64,000 bases of DNA from Myxococcota bacterium (GCA_965223705.1 OZ245015.1:928001-992000); one strand, 5' to 3'; counted from the stretch's first letter, positions 46,573 to 56,328 are shown. Made by a program: numbers and translations. Notes: generated by a model not told the origin, from the letters alone.

Positions 46573-46967
46573 GACGTCTCCTCGGTTCGCTGGCGGCGCT
46601 CCCGAACGAGCGCCTCGAGTTCGTCGAGCGTCGCGGTTCCGGTCCGCTCGGCGAAATCGACGAACGTCGAGACGAGGAGCGGGGGATCGACGCCGGAGAG
46701 CCGGTTCACGAGCTCTTCGATCGCATCGCCCAGCCATTCGGAGCGGGAACCGCATGCTCGGTATTCGTAGGCGCGGCCGACCTTCCGTCGCTCAGCAAGC
46801 TTCTTGCGAACGAGACGCTCGAGCGTCGATTGGACGGTGTTGCGCGCGAGCCCGCGCGGCTCGCCCACAGCAATGTGCATCGCCGAAACGTCGGACGGCC
46901 CCGTGTCCCAGAGTTCCTCCAAGACGGCGATCTCCAACCGACCGAGCACGGTCGGGCGCTTCTTCAT
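46569..46967 (-). CDS. BlaI/MecI/CopY family transcriptional repressor
   Basis: LGRLEIAVLEELW, ARNTVQSTLERLVRK, GRAYEY. Confidence 0.92.
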   Translation of the reverse strand: MKKRPTVLGRLEIAVLEELWDTGPSDVSAMHIAVGEPRGLARNTVQSTLERLVRKKLAERRKVGRAYEYRACGSRSEWLGDAIEELVNRLSGVDPPLLVSTFVDFAERTGTATLDELEALVRERRQRTEETS

Positions 46968-47123
46968 CGAGCCTCCCCCGCAACGCCGAGTGGGAAGAAG
47001 CTAACACGACGCGTATTGAGATTCCTTTTCGAAGGCGAAGCGTATTCGCCCAATCCGTTGGACCCACTCCGAGCGTAACTAGGTCGTCGGACTCTTCCTC
47101 CAGCGGAGCCTTGCAGCTGACCC

Positions 47124-50009
47124 ATGGACGGCTCTTTGCGCTTCTGTCGGTTCTTCGTCGCGTGGCGTCATGCGTTCGCCCTCGCGATCGCCATAGCGAC
47201 CCTCGCGCTCGGCTCGCAGATCCGCCACCTCGAAGTCTTCTCGCAGTTCTCCGACCTGCTACCCCGGGACCACCCCTACATCCAGACGTACGAGGCTTAC
47301 CGAGGCGCTTACGGCACTGCCAATGTCGTGGTCGCAGCGGTGGTGCCCAAGCGGGGTGACATCTACCAGACGCCCGTTTTCGAGGCGATCGACTTTCTGA
47401 CGCTCGGAATGGATTCCTCCGTCGTCCCTCCGGAAATCAACGCTCGTCCGTCCGGAGATTTTGCGACGTCGTCCAAGCCTGCCGGTCGCATCGCGCAGGC
47501 GTTTGCGTCGGGGATCGCGCGCTACGTCGAGGACGGGCCCAAAGAGACGGCGCTCACGGGGGTCGATCACAACCTGACGTCGAGCGTCACCCACCGGACG
47601 ACGCGAGCGCCGCGGGTCTTGCTGGACGGGACCCTCGTTGCCCCTCAACTCGTCAACGAGATTCCGGCCGACGAGGACGGTTGGCGAGAGCTTCGGAAGA
47701 GGGTGAGACGAAACCCCTCGGTCTTCGGGGTGCTCGTTTCGGCGGATGAACGCGCTGCTCTCATCAGAGCGAGTTTCATCGACTCGCGGATCGACTACGC
47801 AGCGCTGTTCAAGCACCTGCGATCCCTCGAAGCCGCCGCCGAGGAACGCTTCCCCGTCGAGGTGCATCTGGTCGGACAGCCCGTGCTCTTCGGTTGGATC
47901 TATGCACTCAGCTCGGAGACGCTGTTGATCTCCGCGGTGACGGTCGTCTCCTGTGCGCTCCTCCTTTGGCTGTATTTCCGACGCAGCTACGCGGTCCTGC
48001 TTCCGCTCACCGGAGCGACGGTATCCGTCGTCTGGGGGCTCGGATTCGCCGGGTGGCGCGGGATCCATCTCGACCCTCTCGTCCTCGTGGTGCCGATGCT
48101 CATCACCGCGCGCGCGATCAGCCACTCCGTGCAGTTCGTCGAGCGCTTCTTCGAAGAGTACGAACGACTCGGCGACAAGGAGGAAGCTTGCGTGAAGTCC
48201 ATGGCCGAGCTGCTCCTGCCAGGGACGCTCGCCATCCTTACGGACAGCCTCGGGCTTCTCACCCTCGGCTTGGCCATGATCCCGCTGATCCACAAACTCG
48301 GGCTGCTCTGCGCGTTCTGGTCGTTGTCGATCCTACCGACGGAGATGCTTCTCAACCGGTTGATGATCCTCTATCTGCCGCCGCCCAGGCACCGAAAGCG
48401 GGAAACGCCACGGGTAGCGGGACGAATCCTCAAACGCTGCGCTGCGATCGTGAGTACGCGAGCGGGCGCCGTCGCCTGCGTCGCAGGGTTCGGCTGCGTC
48501 ACACTCGGTAGCATTCCGTTCGCGGCCGACGTCGCCGTCGGAGAAGAGCGTCCGGGGACTCCGATTCTCTACGGAGACTCCGAGTTCAATGTCGCCTCAG
48601 CCGAAATCGGCGCGCGGTTCTTCGGTCTGGATGAGCTCCTTCTGGTCGTACATTCGGACACCGTCAGGAGGCTCTACGCGCCGGATGCCTTGAAGTTCGT
48701 CGATTCCATCCAACGCGTCCTGGAGACGGATCCCGCCGCCGGAGGCAGCATCTCGATGCTCGACGTGTTCAAGGAGGCGAACCGCCGGTTCCACAACAAC
48801 GATCCGCGGTGGTCCATCAACCTGCAGACAACGGCGGAAATCACGGGCTTCCTCTACCTCATCGAGAACTCTGTTCCCGCACAGGGTGTCCTCAACCGGT
48901 TCCGCGATTACGACGGACAGTCGCTCGCCATTCGGGTCTTCTACAGCGACCACCGTTCGTCGACGGTGAGTCGGATGGATCAGCTCATGCAGCGTTTCGC
49001 GGAGCGGGAGACCATCGAAGGGGGTCTCTCGGTGAAGATGCGTGTCCCCGAACGCCCGATCCTCTCTCGGTGGCTCGGCCGGCTCTTGCCGCCACCGAAG
49101 CCCGTACTCGAAGTGGATGTCGTCGACGCCGACGGAAAGGGCCGGCGCCGTTTGCCCGTTGAAACCGGTCCCGGCCTGCCGCGTGGCGCGATCAGCTACT
49201 GGGACGAGCGCGGCCTCGAGCGAACGCCCCGATCGGCAAAGGGCGGTCTCTTCGGTCATCGCTCCGTCGAGGACAAGCTCGGGCGCGCAGCAGAGATTCG
49301 ACCGACCGGGCCCTTCGGGAGTTACCAGTTGTGGGTCCGGCGTCACAGCGATGCCGGGTGGGAGATGCGGCCGAACGCCGTCTGGCTGCCCGAAGGGGTT
49401 GAGCTTCGCCTCGCGGCCGGAACGATGGGCGTTCTCGCCGCCGCAAACGAGGAGGTCGCGGAAAGTCATCGCGTCGCACTGATCGCTGTCGTCGTCGTGA
49501 CGTTTGTCGTCATCGCCGCAAGCTACCAGTCGCTGGTGGTCGGCGGCCTTCTCATGCTCTCCCTCGCTACGGCGGCGTTGGTCGCGATGGCCGTCCAGGG
49601 AATCGCGGGAATCGGCTTGAACGTCAACACACTGCCTCTCCAAGCGATCGGAATCGGCATCGGCGTCGACTACTCCATCTACATCGTCGATCGGGTTCGC
49701 CGCGAGGTAGGACGAGGCTTGGGACGCGGCGCGGCGATCCGAAAAGCTGTGGAAACCACCGGGTCGGCGATTGGCTTCACAGCCACGACGCTTCTGGTCG
49801 GGATCGCGTTTTGGATCCCGATCTCCAGCCTGCGGTTCTCCGCCGACATGAGCCTTCTGCTTTCCGTACTGATGGCCCTCAACGCGTTGGCTTCGGTGCT
49901 CTTGCTGCCCGCCCTGCTGCGTTTGATGCCCGAACGCTGGGCTTCTGGGCGCCGCGCTTCTACGGACTCGCCCGCTTCCAGTCCGGCTGATAGCGTCTCG
50001 CCAAGTTGA
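47124..50009 (+). CDS. MMPL/RND family transporter
   Basis: Two repeats of TM1 + periplasmic domain + 5 TMs; ARAISHSVQF, GIGIGVDYSIY. Confidence 0.9.
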   Translation: MDGSLRFCRFFVAWRHAFALAIAIATLALGSQIRHLEVFSQFSDLLPRDHPYIQTYEAYRGAYGTANVVVAAVVPKRGDIYQTPVFEAIDFLTLGMDSSVVPPEINARPSGDFATSSKPAGRIAQAFASGIARYVEDGPKETALTGVDHNLTSSVTHRTTRAPRVLLDGTLVAPQLVNEIPADEDGWRELRKRVRRNPSVFGVLVSADERAALIRASFIDSRIDYAALFKHLRSLEAAAEERFPVEVHLVGQPVLFGWIYALSSETLLISAVTVVSCALLLWLYFRRSYAVLLPLTGATVSVVWGLGFAGWRGIHLDPLVLVVPMLITARAISHSVQFVERFFEEYERLGDKEEACVKSMAELLLPGTLAILTDSLGLLTLGLAMIPLIHKLGLLCAFWSLSILPTEMLLNRLMILYLPPPRHRKRETPRVAGRILKRCAAIVSTRAGAVACVAGFGCVTLGSIPFAADVAVGEERPGTPILYGDSEFNVASAEIGARFFGLDELLLVVHSDTVRRLYAPDALKFVDSIQRVLETDPAAGGSISMLDVFKEANRRFHNNDPRWSINLQTTAEITGFLYLIENSVPAQGVLNRFRDYDGQSLAIRVFYSDHRSSTVSRMDQLMQRFAERETIEGGLSVKMRVPERPILSRWLGRLLPPPKPVLEVDVVDADGKGRRRLPVETGPGLPRGAISYWDERGLERTPRSAKGGLFGHRSVEDKLGRAAEIRPTGPFGSYQLWVRRHSDAGWEMRPNAVWLPEGVELRLAAGTMGVLAAANEEVAESHRVALIAVVVVTFVVIAASYQSLVVGGLLMLSLATAALVAMAVQGIAGIGLNVNTLPLQAIGIGIGVDYSIYIVDRVRREVGRGLGRGAAIRKAVETTGSAIGFTATTLLVGIAFWIPISSLRFSADMSLLLSVLMALNALASVLLLPALLRLMPERWASGRRASTDSPASSPADSVSPS

Positions 50010-50988
50010 GGATGCGCTGCACCAAGACGGCGTAGTCGATACCCGCGTGGGCTGCGGAGAGTGCGAAATCTTCGTCGAGGCTGATGTCGGGGGTGGCGTT
50101 GACTTCGATCACATAGACGCGGCCATCGGGCGTCAAGCGGAGATCCGCCCGCGCGTACCCAGACAATCCGAACGCGCGGTACAGCCGGCGCGCCGTCGTC
50201 GCGATCCGCCGAGCGAGCTCGGGGGTCAAGTTCGCGGGGCCGGTATCGATACCCAATTTTTTCTGATAGGCGAGGTCCCACTTGACCTTCTCTGTCGCAA
50301 TGGGTTCGTTGCTCTTGGGAAGGTTTCGGAAAGACAGCTCCCACGGTGGCAATACGGTGAGGCGCCGGTTTCCGAGAACGCTCACGGTGAGCTCGCGCCC
50401 TTCGACGTACTCCTCGGCGATCGCGTCCCCGATGTTCTCGTGGACGAAGGCGACGCGCTCTTCGAGCTTCGACGGGCTCCTCACGATGGAAGCCTGGGAG
50501 ATGCCGAGGGACGCTTCCTCCTCGAGCGACTTCACGATCAAGGGGAACGACAGTTCCTTCGAGACCCGCACGCGCCGGTCGCGGCGGAACACGGCGAACC
50601 GCGGAGTGGGAATGCGATGAAAGCGAAGAATCTTCTTCGATGTCGCTTTGTCGCGCGTCAGCAAGATTCCTTTCGGGTTGCATCCGGTGTACGCGACGTG
50701 GAGGAGCTCGAGATAGCTGGTGACGTGCACCTGGTACGTCCCGACATCTTGGAACTCCATCAACAGATTGAAGATCGCGTGGGGTTTCCAATCCTCGACC
50801 ATTCGGCGGATCGGCATCAGATCGTCGGATACGCCGAGGAAACGGACGTCGTGCCCGAGTTCACCCAGCGCCTGCCACATATCGTATTCGCGCTTGCAGT
50901 GTTGCCTTTCGGCGGCCTTCAGTGAGAGGAAGTTCTCGGGCGGAACCAGTTCTTCGTGGGTCAAGATTGCGACCCGCATCGCTTTCAT
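49960..50988 (-). CDS. D-alanine--D-alanine ligase-like ATP-grasp protein
   Basis: FNL.EF, YTG, DKA, FPLIVK...E.S.GI, EEYVEGRE, GYARADLR, IEVNATP; ATGA overlap. Confidence 0.88.
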   Translation of the reverse strand: MKAMRVAILTHEELVPPENFLSLKAAERQHCKREYDMWQALGELGHDVRFLGVSDDLMPIRRMVEDWKPHAIFNLLMEFQDVGTYQVHVTSYLELLHVAYTGCNPKGILLTRDKATSKKILRFHRIPTPRFAVFRRDRRVRVSKELSFPLIVKSLEEEASLGISQASIVRSPSKLEERVAFVHENIGDAIAEEYVEGRELTVSVLGNRRLTVLPPWELSFRNLPKSNEPIATEKVKWDLAYQKKLGIDTGPANLTPELARRIATTARRLYRAFGLSGYARADLRLTPDGRVYVIEVNATPDISLDEDFALSAAHAGIDYAVLVQRILNLARRYQPDWKRASP

Positions 50989-52022
50989 CGCTGGTACTCG
51001 ACGTGCCGACGCCGAACGAGTCGTACGGCGTGGGTGGTGAGCAGAATCGCAGCGCCCTCGCCGGTCTCCCGCTCCGACAACGTCGTGCGCAACCCGAGGC
51101 GCCGGCAGCGTCGGATCATGTCGCCGAGCACGCGATCGATCACGTATGGATGCTGGCCCGTCCATTTTGCGACGGATTCTCGGAGCTCTCGGCGCCGCCG
51201 CGTGAGAAAGCTCGCCGCCGTCGCCGCAGGGCCCTCTGAGGCCTCGGCGCTGAACAGGCGCAGGAGGTCCCGGTCGTAGACCGAGCGATCCTCTTCGCCG
51301 TACACCGCCTTCTTGCGCGCGTAGTACTGGCGCAGCGTCATGCGCAAGGACGCGACGGAATCCGTTCGTTCGCGCGAGCGCACAACGGGCGGCTGATCTC
51401 TGATCTCATCCATGAGTTCTTCGACGAACTCGAGCTTACCGAGCGCTTCCCAGTCCGCGTATCGCCTTCGCCAACTCGACCGCGGCGTCATCCAAACCGC
51501 GAAGGTTTCGGCGAAATCCTCGAGCGGGTGACTTTGCGCGTACCAATTGTCGAGATGAACGACGAAGCGTCGGCTCGCGGGGCGCGGGACGTAGGACCGA
51601 CGGTACGGGGTACTCGCCGCCCCGAACTGCTCCCTCCAGGCTTTGCGGCGGCGCAATCGGTAGGCCGTATCGAGCGCATGACCCGTCTCGTGCCGCATCA
51701 GCTTCATGCACCAGGACTTGGTCCCGCCCTCCACCTCGAGCATCTGGTCATCTTCGAGCTTTCGGAGACGGGGGTGTGCCAGATAGAAGGGGATGGCGAA
51801 ACCGGGAACCCCATAGGGCGAAAACCAGTCCGTGGAGATCCAGACGTGGGGGCGAAAGCGCAGACCCGCCGCCTTGAGCTCGCTGTAGAGAAGCTCCACC
51901 CGAGAAGCCAAGGGCGTCGACTCGATCGACAGGCCGAGATCGCAGAGCCTGAGATCGAGCAGCTCCTCTTTCGGCAGGCGGCTCCATTCGGCGGTGTTTC
52001 GGACATCACTCCGACGCGACAC
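50985..52022 (-). CDS. Putative zinc-binding metallopeptidase (Peptidase_Mx-like zincin)
   Basis: IPFYLAHP, RHETGHA, YAQSHP.EDFAETFAVW. Confidence 0.85.
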   Translation of the reverse strand: MSRRSDVRNTAEWSRLPKEELLDLRLCDLGLSIESTPLASRVELLYSELKAAGLRFRPHVWISTDWFSPYGVPGFAIPFYLAHPRLRKLEDDQMLEVEGGTKSWCMKLMRHETGHALDTAYRLRRRKAWREQFGAASTPYRRSYVPRPASRRFVVHLDNWYAQSHPLEDFAETFAVWMTPRSSWRRRYADWEALGKLEFVEELMDEIRDQPPVVRSRERTDSVASLRMTLRQYYARKKAVYGEEDRSVYDRDLLRLFSAEASEGPAATAASFLTRRRRELRESVAKWTGQHPYVIDRVLGDMIRRCRRLGLRTTLSERETGEGAAILLTTHAVRLVRRRHVEYQR

Positions 52023-52091
52023 AAGCGAGGACCCTAACGGATTACCGATCGGCGCGCGCGACGAGCGGGGTGGCGGCACCTCGCCGCGAAT

Positions 52092-52123
52092 TGAATTCGG
52101 CCGCAAGAAGCGGATACCCCCGC
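52092..52123. repeat. Dispersed conserved intergenic element, copy 2
   Basis: Identical 32-mer to 27228-27259. Confidence 0.85.
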
Positions 52124-52202
52124 TGCTCCCTCGCAACTAGCGTTCTTGATGGATCTACGGGAACGAGTCGCGGAAGCCATACGGTGAGGGAGGGACGCAT
52201 CG

Positions 52203-52967
52203 ATGAGTACCCTGAACGGAAAGGTCGCCATCGTCGCCGGCGCCAGCGTCGGGATCGGCGCAGCGACGGCCGAGCTGTTCGCTGCGGAAGGGGCGCGGGT
52301 CGTTCTCGGAGCGCGCCGGTCGGAGGAACTCGACGCGTTGGTCGATCGGATCAGCACTGCGGGCGGGCATGCAACCGCACTCGCCGGGGACGTCACGGAC
52401 GAGTCGTACGCCCGCGCACTCGTCGAGTTGGCCTGTGAGCGGTTCGGAAGGCTCGACATCGCCATCAACAACGCCGGATCGCTGGGGAAGATGGGACCCA
52501 CGCCGGAGCTGCAACTCGCTGACTGGCACCATGTCGTCGACACGAATCTCACCAGCGCCTTCTTGGGCGCGAAGTACCAGCTCCCCGCAATGCTCGACGC
52601 AGGCGGGGGATCGCTCATCTTCACGGGAACATTCGTGGGGCATACTGTCGGTTTCCCCGGAGTGGCCGGATACGCGGCCAGCAAGTCCGGTCTGATCGGA
52701 CTGACTCAGGCGCTCGCCGTCGAGTTCGCTGAGCGGGGCGTGCGCGTCAACGTCATTCTTCCCGGTGCCACGGATACGGCGATGTATCGGGAAATGAACG
52801 ACACGCCCGAGTCGCGCGAGTTCATTACCAGCCTCTACCCGATGCGTCGGGTCGCAAGCCCCACCGAGATCGCGAAGTCGATGCTCTACCTTGCGTCCGA
52901 CGCGTCGAGCTTCACCACGGGCAGTGCGATGCGGGTCGAAGGGGGGGTCTCGATCAACCGCACCTGA
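52203..52967 (+). CDS. SDR oxidoreductase (copy 2, recent duplicate of 28096..28860)
   Basis: Same length, about a dozen aa differences, shared leader GGAGGGACGCATCGATG. Confidence 0.93.
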   Translation: MSTLNGKVAIVAGASVGIGAATAELFAAEGARVVLGARRSEELDALVDRISTAGGHATALAGDVTDESYARALVELACERFGRLDIAINNAGSLGKMGPTPELQLADWHHVVDTNLTSAFLGAKYQLPAMLDAGGGSLIFTGTFVGHTVGFPGVAGYAASKSGLIGLTQALAVEFAERGVRVNVILPGATDTAMYREMNDTPESREFITSLYPMRRVASPTEIAKSMLYLASDASSFTTGSAMRVEGGVSINRT

Positions 52968-53146
52968 GGAGGGCGACGTTCCCTGGGCTCAGCATCCCTG
53001 GGCCGGATGCAGCGATACGGGTCGATGGGTGCCTGCTTCTTGAGCAACGCTTCGGGCAGAAGGCCTCTGGCTGTCGCCTACGCACGGGCACGGGACGTGC
53101 ATGGAGTTTTTCCGGGCACCACCGCGATGCCTCGAGGAAGAACAGA

Positions 53147-54100
53147 ATGCCTTCAGACGGCCCGATCCCGAGAGCTGTCGTTCACACCGACGGGACGCTC
53201 AAGCTCTACCATCTTCTCCCCGTCCTCGACGAGATCTACCGGGTGCCGGTCCTTCTCGTCATGCCCATCCTCGGACGGATCAGCGCCCTCGACCTGCTGA
53301 AGAACCAGAGCCTGGCCGAACATCTGGTCCGAAACGGTTTCGACGTCTACGTCATCAATTGGGGGATTCCACGGGACGAGGATCACGACCTCGGTCTCGA
53401 AGACTACGTCCTGAAGAAGATCCCCGACTGTGTCGCGCAGGTCGCCGAGCATTCCGAGATCGCCGAAGTCTCGATCATGGCTTATTGCCTCGGTGGGACC
53501 TTCGCCTGCATGTACGCGGCCCTCCATCCGAAAGGCCCGCTTCGGAATCTCGTGTGCTTCACCACCCCCGTAGACTCCGAAGGCCTCACGCTGTTCCGCG
53601 ACTGGAAGGACGGCTCTCTCGATATCGACGAGATCGTCGGAGAGTCCGCAAACATCCCACCGGAGCTGATCGCGTCTTCGCTCCGGGAGATGAAGTTCGA
53701 CCGCCCCGACGGGGGCGACCGCTGGGACGAGGATGAATTCCTCCGGCTATGCGCTCGGTTCGAACGCTGGTCCCTCGATCAGATCCCTGTGGCGGGAAGG
53801 GTCGCACGCCAGCTCACGCAGGAGTTCCTGCGCGGGAACAAGCTCGCAAAGGGGACGCTCAGGATCGCCGGCCGTCGTGTGGAGCTCGAGAAAATCCGAA
53901 TCCCATTGCTCCACATCAGCGCGGAGTACGACCGTATTGTCCCGAGCGCAGCCTCTCGAGAGCTCGTGCTTCGAGCTGCCAGCCGTGACAAGACCGAGCT
54001 GGTGATCAAGAGCGGGCACGTCGATCTGTTCGCGGGGGGCAACGCGGTCTACCGACTGTGGCCGAAGGTCGAAGCGTGGTTGGCATCGCGCTCGGTCTAG
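53147..54100 (+). CDS. Second, N-terminally shorter PhaC-like alpha/beta hydrolase
   Basis: VYVINWGIP, AYCLGG, DRIVP, GHVDL; collinear with 34124..35215. Confidence 0.8.
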   Translation: MPSDGPIPRAVVHTDGTLKLYHLLPVLDEIYRVPVLLVMPILGRISALDLLKNQSLAEHLVRNGFDVYVINWGIPRDEDHDLGLEDYVLKKIPDCVAQVAEHSEIAEVSIMAYCLGGTFACMYAALHPKGPLRNLVCFTTPVDSEGLTLFRDWKDGSLDIDEIVGESANIPPELIASSLREMKFDRPDGGDRWDEDEFLRLCARFERWSLDQIPVAGRVARQLTQEFLRGNKLAKGTLRIAGRRVELEKIRIPLLHISAEYDRIVPSAASRELVLRAASRDKTELVIKSGHVDLFAGGNAVYRLWPKVEAWLASRSV

Positions 54101-54222
54101 CTTCGCTACGCGCGCCGCCTTCCTGACTCTGCTCCTACGTGCTAGGTCGCTAGCACCTACCTCGGGCTGACCGCCTCTGCTATACTTTTGCGTGAGAGGA
54201 CCTTCGATCGGTTCGCAAGTCC

Positions 54223-54368
54223 GGCCCTTGTGGTCAACCTCCGTATCCAGTTGAAACAACCCCTTTCGCACTCCGGAACCCGGAGTTATCAGGGCCTCGC
54301 TCGCTCAGGACGGACAATCTGTCCGAGTAGCGAAGTTGAATTTGGCATCCATGAACTTGGAATGCCGC
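54223..54368 (+). promoter_or_regulatory. Putative structured 5' leader of RRM gene
   Basis: Pairings GGCCCT/AGGGCC, GTTG/CAAC, ACTCCGG/CCGGAGT, CGGACA/TGTCCG, GGCAT.CCA/TGG.ATGCC; TATACT at 54181. Confidence 0.4.
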
Positions 54369-54379
54369 AAGGATCAATT

Positions 54380-54634
54380 TTGAGTAAGAAACTTTATGTT
54401 GGGAATCTTCCGTTTTCTTCCACCGAGCAGGATATCCGTCAGCTATTCGAGCAGCACGGAAGTGTCGACTCGGTGAACGTGATCACGGACCGAGAAACTG
54501 GGCGGCCTCGAGGCTTCGCGTTCGTCGAGCTGAGCGAGGCGAGCGCGGCCGACAACGCGATTCGGACGCTGGACGGTTCTCAGCTCGGTGGCAGGAGCCT
54601 TCGAGTGAACGAAGCCCAAGAACGCGGTCGTTAG
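54380..54634 (+). CDS. RNA-binding protein (single RRM, Rbp family)
   Basis: RNP2 LYVGNL and RNP1 RGFAFV, TDRETGR, LRVNEA; TTG start after AAGGA. Confidence 0.95.
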   Translation: MSKKLYVGNLPFSSTEQDIRQLFEQHGSVDSVNVITDRETGRPRGFAFVELSEASAADNAIRTLDGSQLGGRSLRVNEAQERGR

Positions 54635-54695
54635 GCGAAGCCGGAGCCCGGTACGAGCTTCGCGCTCGCCGGGCTCTTCCTGCCCGGGAGGTACC

Positions 54696-55163
54696 ATGGA
54701 TCGCATCAGAATCTTTGTCAGCTACGACCCGGAAAGCGATTCTGACCTACTCGATGTCATGCGAGCCCAGTCGGAACGCAGCGGTGCGATTTTTTCGATC
54801 GCCGGCCAATCGAATCCATCGGAGATGACCGAGACTTGGTCGAACAAGCTACGCGAAGAACTCGCAGCGACGGACGAAGTCGTCGTCATCTGCGGTGAAA
54901 GCACGAAAGACTCGGAACGAGTTGCGACGGAGCTTTGCATCGCTCAGGAAGAGAACAAACCGTACTTGCTCATCTGGGGGCGACGTAGCGTGATGTGCAC
55001 GAAGCCCTCGAGCGCGACCAAGCTCGATGCCATGTACGGCTGGGCTCCAGAAACCTTCGGTGATCAGGTTGGAGATACTCTCCGACAATGGAAAGCCAAG
55101 GAAGACAAGACGGCCGCGCCTTCGGATTCTCGCGACGCGTTTCCTCGTCCACCGCAGCCCTAA
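54696..55163 (+). CDS. TIR-like domain protein (MTH538/DUF1863/ThsB-like)
   Basis: RIFVSYD, VVVICGEST..S..V..E+.IA.E..KP, W near C-terminus; GGAGG RBS. Confidence 0.75.
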   Translation: MDRIRIFVSYDPESDSDLLDVMRAQSERSGAIFSIAGQSNPSEMTETWSNKLREELAATDEVVVICGESTKDSERVATELCIAQEENKPYLLIWGRRSVMCTKPSSATKLDAMYGWAPETFGDQVGDTLRQWKAKEDKTAAPSDSRDAFPRPPQP

Positions 55164-55236
55164 AGAAGGCGACTGACTCTAGCCTCGAAGCCGTTGCTCC
55201 GAGGCCGCCCGCCCGCCGTTCGGGTCGGATTCGGCC

Positions 55237-56328
55237 TTAACCGGTCGGCGGCAACACCCTGCGTTCAATGAGATCACGCAGCCAATGGCAGAAACTCTCT
55301 TGGGTATTCCAGACGCGAGAAAATCCCGCTTGCTTGACCTTAATGGAGCTAACAAATGTCGGCGGCGGAAGCTGGTCGGTGCCTGAAGCTAAACACATAT
55401 CCGCATAATAATGTGACTCGCCTAGTAGTTTGGGCAGGGGAATGTCCTGCAGCGCATGCTTTTCGACAATTTGCTGCCACACCGCCGCATGCTCGGGGAT
55501 GTACTCGGCCATCAGTAAGTTTTCATCCGGCCCCGTCTCGACGCCGAGCGTATCGGCAATCGCCGGCCACATGTCGCGAAATGAAAACACTTCACCGTTG
55601 GTAAGGTTGTAAGTTTCACCATTAGCCCGCGGCGTTTCGGTCGCCCAGCGCAATGCTTCGGCAACAAGCCGGACATCAACCGCTTCCCAAACCCAGTCGT
55701 TATGGTTTGGGAACGAAAACGGTAGGCCGAGCTCGCGACGTATCGCACCGTAAACCCCCAGCACCGGCGGAATGTTCATCACCACGCCGTGGTTGGGGCC
55801 GACGATAAGTTGCGGACGGAATATCGTGAATGCCAGATCGCCGGCCGCAGCAACCTCACGCAGGTAATCTTCCTGGCGCCAATAAAAATTGGGATGCTCC
55901 ACCCGCGGTTGGGATTCGCGCGCAGGTATCCGAATGGGCCCAACGGTCAGACCGTAGGCCTTTGTTCCTTGCAACAGTGAAATATGCTCAAGCTTGGCGC
56001 GTTCTCTCAACGGTTCCAGAACGTTTCGCAGCATTTGGTCATTCGTGTCGATCTGTTCTGGATCGGTCCAACCCTCAATTAGACCGGGCTTCTCGTAAAC
56101 CGCCGTGTAGATTAAGTGAGTCACCTCGTCGCAAGCATCGCTGACCACTTGTCGACAGGCATTTGCATCAATCAAATCGAGTGTCACATGTTCTACGGCG
56201 TGCCCGTCCAGTAACTCGGGGAAACGTCTTGACGCGGTGATGACTCGCCAACCGGCATTGGCAAATTCGATTGCAGCCGCAGTGCCAACTAATCCGCTCG
56301 CGCCTACAATCAATACTGTATTCGTCAT
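55237..56328 (-). CDS. Atypical SDR, PRISE (progesterone 5-beta-reductase/iridoid synthase)-like
   Basis: GASGLVG, LQGTKAYG, PNFYW.QED, FRPQLIVG, YNLTNG; visibly lower GC. Confidence 0.85.
   Translation of the reverse strand: MTNTVLIVGASGLVGTAAAIEFANAGWRVITASRRFPELLDGHAVEHVTLDLIDANACRQVVSDACDEVTHLIYTAVYEKPGLIEGWTDPEQIDTNDQMLRNVLEPLRERAKLEHISLLQGTKAYGLTVGPIRIPARESQPRVEHPNFYWRQEDYLREVAAAGDLAFTIFRPQLIVGPNHGVVMNIPPVLGVYGAIRRELGLPFSFPNHNDWVWEAVDVRLVAEALRWATETPRANGETYNLTNGEVFSFRDMWPAIADTLGVETGPDENLLMAEYIPEHAAVWQQIVEKHALQDIPLPKLLGESHYYADMCLASGTDQLPPPTFVSSIKVKQAGFSRVWNTQESFCHWLRDLIERRVLPPTG

Noticed and set aside
45577..46967. Beta-lactam resistance regulation
   Set aside because: No beta-lactamase or penicillin-binding sensor domain is present
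49960..50988. Housekeeping ddl or van-type ligase
   Set aside because: Lacks the GG.S.E N-terminal and HG..GEDG motifs, is outside a cell-wall cluster, and is coupled to a zincin
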